Shown here in pieces: positions 16,007 through 18,961 of a stretch of DNA of 18,961 nucleotides. The position numbers and the translations under genes are program-made. This DNA is from Azolla caroliniana. Its lineage: Eukaryota; Plantae; Polypodiophyta. The DNA lies in the NCBI GenBank assembly GCA_043228905.1, contig JBHGNT010000623.1, positions 1-18,961 of the forward strand, in the 5' to 3' direction. How positions within the stretch are numbered: position 1 is the stretch's first letter; each line of letters begins with the position of its first letter. Under the pieces are notes generated by a model. The model was not told where the DNA came from, ran no database searches, and saw only the letters and a program-made list of their open reading frames with translations.

Positions 16007-18961
16007 ATGTCTAGACAAAATAACGACCACATCACCGAAAGAGGGAGACGCCACGCCGAACGGCAGCGACGACGGGGAGCCCTGCAGCAAGCCGTCGACG
16101 AGATCCGGCGCGATCGGTCATTCTCAAAAACGCTTCGGCAAATCGCAGAAGACGCACTGCAGTTCCAGGTTCTACAAGCTTCCGACGAAGGCAGTAGCAT
16201 AACCAGCCTCCAAGAAGCGGAGACACTACTACAGAGTCTCGCTGGCGGCGACGGGGACGCAGCGGCATTTGCAACATTAGAGGCGGATTCGGATAGCGGG
16301 GAAAGCGTGAGATCCCGCTATAAAAGCAGCCACGAGAACAACCCCTTTGAGTCGGATCACTCAGCAACATCGGAGCCAGAGGAGGAAATAACTCTGGAGT
16401 TCGGTGACCGGCAATCGCCGAGGAGGGAGGAGCGGTTATCAACACCACCCGCGGAGGAACCGCAGGAGCGGTTATCAACACCACCCGCGGAGGAACCGCA
16501 GGAGCGGATACCAACACCACCTGCGGAGGAACCGCAGGAGCGGAGACCGACATCGGAGGAACCAGCGCAGGAGAATCAGTGGGACGACACGATGCCGTAT
16601 CCGTACCCAAAGTATCGGGATGAGCCCGACGGAGAGGCACATGTGTATGCATTCCTGCGAACATGGGAAGCCAACCACGTGTCCCAGAGACTGACGGAGG
16701 CCGAGGCCGACCGATCCAAAGTCGCCGAATTCGGCATGACATTAGAAGGACCGGCGGCCCGGTGGCACGACAAGCACTTACCAGGCAGCTTCGCCACGTT
16801 CGAGGCATTGAAAACCCAGTTTTTACGCTTGTTTCATAGACGAGTGGAACAAAGGGAATTGGTCGGACAATTCTACACCACTCGGCGGGGAGAAAACGAG
16901 ACGGTCCCACAATTTATCATTCGTTTCCAGACCTTGCACAGTCAATTAGCAAGAGCACCACCCGAAGAGGAGGCCAAGGCAGTCTTTTTGGCTGCGTTAA
17001 AAGACCCACTTCGAGCGATGTGTGGAATCCTCGATTTCAGCACCAGCACAATGGACCAAGTCATTGATCGGGTCCTGGAAATGGACAACACGAGCTCCTT
17101 CTTGCCGATGGGGGCGTTACACCAGGCGCTTCCGAAGGAGGAGGACCTCCGGTTCCGACAAGCCCTACAATGCACAACATGCCTAAATTCGGGGCACTCG
17201 ACCGTCGACTGCACCCTGCGTGCACAGTGCATGATATGCAATTCTCGCGCCCACACAACGAACCAATGCGAGTATAACCTGTTAACTCGACAAGCGGCAC
17301 CGGTCCGACACATAGAACCGCGCAATCGGGACCCGGAAGAGGATCGATTCCGGAGGGACGACCGCGACCGACGAGAACGCGGCGACAGATACCCCGATAG
17401 AAGACGCGACAGCTATGACCGAGAGGAGAACCGAAGGGATAGCTACCCCCGGGACCGGTACGACCGAGAGGAGAACCGAAGGGATATCTACCCCCGGGAC
17501 CGGTACGACCGAGACGAATCCCCGGAATACGAGCGACGCAGAGAAGAAAGGCGGCCAGGGAACCGGAATTTCCGACGGAACCAAAGGCGTGGATTCTTCC
17601 GTAGAGAGGAGCGTCGGGAGGCAACAAGGAATGACAAACCAGTAGCGGCACCGGAGAACCGAAAAACCGAGGACAACCGCCGGGGAATGCCCCTCCCCCA
17701 AACATGGGAAAAAGGAGAATCCAGCAACACGCACAGGGTGTACTGTTATTACTGCCGAAAAGAAGGGCATTACAGTAATCAATGCCCAAGCAAAACAGCC
17801 GACAAGCAGCCAGCAGTCAACATGGTGACAGCCGAAGTACAGCAGGTTACCACGCGGTCGAAGGGGAAGGCCGCCGAATGGGAAGCCCAGGAAGCAATCA
17901 GAAAACAAGCGGCACAATGGATCAAAGAAGCCAACGAACAAGGTGCGGCGGAAGTAAGAAACCAAAATATGCCAAGGGAGGAGGAAATCGTACAGCCAGG
18001 AGAAAACCCGACATGGCAAGCACTACAAGATTGTCAGATCGTGCTGCCGTTGGCACGGTTACTGCAGTTGGTGCCGCGGTTCACAGCAGACTTACAAGCC
18101 GCCGTGAGCAAACCGACGCCGACGCCAGCACCGGCATTTTTCTCCAACCCGGAGGAAGGCCCAGCGGTGGTTGATACCAGTAGCCCAGCAATCACGACAA
18201 TCGTCAAAGGAAAGGAGATTCCAGGAACAATTATTGACGGAGGCTCCGGGGTGAATGTCATTAGTCGACAGACATGCGACGACCTAGGCATCCAGGAGTG
18301 GGAACCATGCCCCTTCTGGTTACGCATGGCGGATACAAGCTCAGTCCGACCAACTGGTCTTATCCGGGACTTGGAAGTAACAATAGGAGGCCACGTATTC
18401 CGAATATCGGCCGTGGTACTAGAGCTGAATGTACAAGGCGCATATCCCCTACTGTTAGGACGACCATGGCTGCGAACGGCGCATATCAAGCAAAACTGGC
18501 AAAAGAATATGATCACGTTCCGACGAGGGAAAACAAAGGTACGGGTAGCCACGCAACCACGGGTGCTCACTAGCAAGGAGGCAACCCCTTTATATGCCGA
18601 AAGCATCAACATGTTGGAGGGCTTACCGGATGAGGAAGTTGATCGGTACCTCGAGGAACACCCACAGATCGTCCCACTTTTTGAGGTGGATATCACGGCA
18701 GCAGTAGAGCCGTACATCACAATGCCGGACGAGCCGGACAAAGTGGCGATCCGGGAACTACGCCAAGCACAGGAAGCCCTAGAAAGAGAAATGACGATAT
18801 CCCAAAGGGTGAAAGCATCCCAGCTGGAAGAGGTGGACCTCGGCACAACAGAACAACCCCGACCGGTAAAAGTCGCGAAGGAATTGCCGAAGGAGGAAAA
18901 ACAGGCAATGGTAGCACTGTTAACGGATTTCAAGGACGTGTTCGCATGGTCATACGAAGAC
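16007..18961 (+). CDS. gag-pol: Gag-Pol polyprotein, 3'-partial (985 codons without a stop): gag, three CCHC knuckles, aspartic protease, start of RT
   Basis: Translated by hand from ATG 16007 (MSRQNNDH...) to ...FKDVFAWSYED with no stop. Knuckles at 17171-17212, 17228-17269 and 17744-17785; IIDGGSGVNVIS (Asp codon 18236), LLLGRPWL. Missing from the ORF track, presumably because it has no stop in the window. Confidence 0.95.
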   Translation, partial: MSRQNNDHITERGRRHAERQRRRGALQQAVDEIRRDRSFSKTLRQIAEDALQFQVLQASDEGSSITSLQEAETLLQSLAGGDGDAAAFATLEADSDSGESVRSRYKSSHENNPFESDHSATSEPEEEITLEFGDRQSPRREERLSTPPAEEPQERLSTPPAEEPQERIPTPPAEEPQERRPTSEEPAQENQWDDTMPYPYPKYRDEPDGEAHVYAFLRTWEANHVSQRLTEAEADRSKVAEFGMTLEGPAARWHDKHLPGSFATFEALKTQFLRLFHRRVEQRELVGQFYTTRRGENETVPQFIIRFQTLHSQLARAPPEEEAKAVFLAALKDPLRAMCGILDFSTSTMDQVIDRVLEMDNTSSFLPMGALHQALPKEEDLRFRQALQCTTCLNSGHSTVDCTLRAQCMICNSRAHTTNQCEYNLLTRQAAPVRHIEPRNRDPEEDRFRRDDRDRRERGDRYPDRRRDSYDREENRRDSYPRDRYDREENRRDIYPRDRYDRDESPEYERRREERRPGNRNFRRNQRRGFFRREERREATRNDKPVAAPENRKTEDNRRGMPLPQTWEKGESSNTHRVYCYYCRKEGHYSNQCPSKTADKQPAVNMVTAEVQQVTTRSKGKAAEWEAQEAIRKQAAQWIKEANEQGAAEVRNQNMPREEEIVQPGENPTWQALQDCQIVLPLARLLQLVPRFTADLQAAVSKPTPTPAPAFFSNPEEGPAVVDTSSPAITTIVKGKEIPGTIIDGGSGVNVISRQTCDDLGIQEWEPCPFWLRMADTSSVRPTGLIRDLEVTIGGHVFRISAVVLELNVQGAYPLLLGRPWLRTAHIKQNWQKNMITFRRGKTKVRVATQPRVLTSKEATPLYAESINMLEGLPDEEVDRYLEEHPQIVPLFEVDITAAVEPYITMPDEPDKVAIRELRQAQEALEREMTISQRVKASQLEEVDLGTTEQPRPVKVAKELPKEEKQAMVALLTDFKDVFAWSYED
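16429..16543 (+). repeat. 36-bp in-frame tandem repeat x3 (ERLSTPPAEEPQ)
   Basis: GGAGCGGTTATCAACACCACCCGCGGAGGAACCGCA at 16429 and 16465, with a variant copy at 16501. Confidence 0.95.
17417..17514 (+). repeat. 45-bp in-frame tandem repeat x2 (DREENRRDxYPRDRY)
   Basis: Copies at 17417 and 17462 differ by one base. Confidence 0.95.

Larger units (their letters stand above)
15531..18961 (+). mobile_element. Young non-chromovirus Ty3/Gypsy (Athila/Tat-like) element H, 5' part; continues beyond window
   Basis: LTR TGTTG...CGACA, PBS, uninterrupted gag-PR-RT frame. PPR homology stops exactly at 15530 (flank GTAGG = presumed TSD). Confidence 0.95.

Noticed and set aside
18236-18247. Non-canonical protease motif DGGS instead of D[ST]G as a novelty or inactivation
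   Set aside because: Present in both Gypsy elements here and a known variant in Tat/Ogre-type plant Gypsy proteases.
16032-18933. Long minus-strand ORFs (292, 242, 245, 299 aa)
   Set aside because: Antisense shadows of the GC-rich gag-pol frame; no recognisable domains.

Overview
Eukaryotic, almost certainly land-plant (fern-like by inference) intergenic DNA made almost entirely of nested LTR-retrotransposon debris. Left 6.4 kb: five Ty1/Copia pieces. An old Tnt1/Tork-like integrase fragment (1387-2066, -) is interrupted on one side by a + strand LTR (1075-1386), itself hit by a related - strand element (1-1074). On its other side sits a - strand Copia (2067-4387; RNase H deleted) joined back-to-back to a related + strand Copia (4388-6390). 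Middle: a decayed, AT-rich non-chromovirus Ty3/Gypsy (LTR, tRNA-Arg PBS, gag-PR-RT-partial RH; ~6399-10640) runs into an unexplained 3' module: coiled-coil ORF, Pro-rich repeats, a shrunken integrase-like remnant, a PPT and an LTR-like end that does not match the 5' LTR (10641-12571). A 2-kb ACAT/AC/AT low-complexity array and a degraded PLS-class PPR pseudogene (-) follow. Right end: a young, GC-rich relative of the same Gypsy group inserted into the PPR remnant, with LTR, PBS and an uninterrupted 985-codon gag-pol frame (16007 to window end) absent from the ORF track. There is no intact host gene. I found no clearly new biological system; the best candidates are the 3' accessory module and the three-knuckle Gag with swapped low-complexity linkers.
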